Shown piece after piece: positions 4,931-5,167 of a DNA stretch of 5,167 nt. The notes beneath the pieces are model-generated. The model was not told the origin of the DNA and made no database searches. It worked only from the letters and a program-made list of their open reading frames with translations. A program made the translations under genes and the position numbers. Source of the DNA: Ostreococcus tauri (lineage: Eukaryota); assembly GCA_000214015.2 (NCBI GenBank), contig CAID01000017.2, positions 44,125 through 49,291 of the forward strand, written 5' to 3'. Numbering within the stretch: position 1 is the stretch's first letter; each line of letters opens with the position of its first letter.

Positions 4931-5167
4931 TTGAAACGCAATGCATGGAATCGCGGTGCATTACATCGCGTCGCGTCGCGCGCACAACGCATCCGTCGCG
5001 CGTCGTCGCGTCGCGCATCCGCGATGCAATGCGATTCGCGCGGCGACGCGCATTGCGCATCGCATCTCCATCGCGCGCGGCGTCACTCCACCGCGCGCAC
5101 GCGCGACGCGCGCGCGATGGACGCCCGAACCCCGTGCGCGTCCTGCGCGCGCCTGCGCGACGAGCTC

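Noticed and set aside
4489-5060. Minus-strand ORFs 4489..4992 and 4527..5060 overlapping the helicase 3' end and the downstream spacer.
   Set aside because: They are extremely Arg-rich (runs of RRRR), antisense to conserved helicase motif VI coding sequence, and have no motifs. They are typical GC-rich antisense artefacts.
1-5167. Searched by eye for tRNA-like T-loops (GTTCGAATC-type), C/D snoRNA boxes (TGATGA ... CTGA), CRISPR-like spaced repeats, terminal inverted repeats with target-site duplications, and rRNA fragments.
   Set aside because: None found. The only repeats are the short simple-sequence and palindromic elements already listed.

Overview
This is GC-rich (roughly 60% by eye), very compact eukaryotic nuclear DNA. 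Gene density, absence of introns and CG/ACG-rich codon usage fit a picoprasinophyte green alga (Mamiellophyceae, Ostreococcus/Micromonas-like); that assignment is an inference, not a database hit. Three co-directional, apparently intronless + strand genes fill the window. (1) The 3' ~450 codons of a Utp21/WDR36-family SSU-processome WD40 protein, cut by the left edge (1..1352). (2) A plant-type FKBP12 peptidyl-prolyl isomerase (1530..1895). (3) A full-length DDX11/CHL1-type XPD-family Fe-S DNA helicase (2139..4901). Intergenic spacers are only 177 and 243 bp, with a further 215 bp before a possible next start at 5117. I found no tRNA, rRNA, snoRNA boxes, transposon ends or CRISPR array. I also see no evidence for a novel multi-gene system. 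The helicase is a housekeeping eukaryotic cohesion/replication helicase, not a DinG-like defence gene, and its neighbours are eukaryote-specific housekeeping genes. The more interesting signals are regulatory or structural and sit in the short spacers. They are: an overlapping inverted E2F-type site upstream of the helicase; a TATA-like box plus pyrimidine-rich leader upstream of FKBP12; a compound microsatellite with a perfect 20-bp palindrome and a (CG)7 run; palindromes just after each stop codon; a CGCAT/GCAATGC motif cluster after the helicase; and an in-frame 27-bp tandem duplication inside the helicase. The many other ORFs in the six-frame track are overlapping or antisense artefacts of GC-rich coding DNA.
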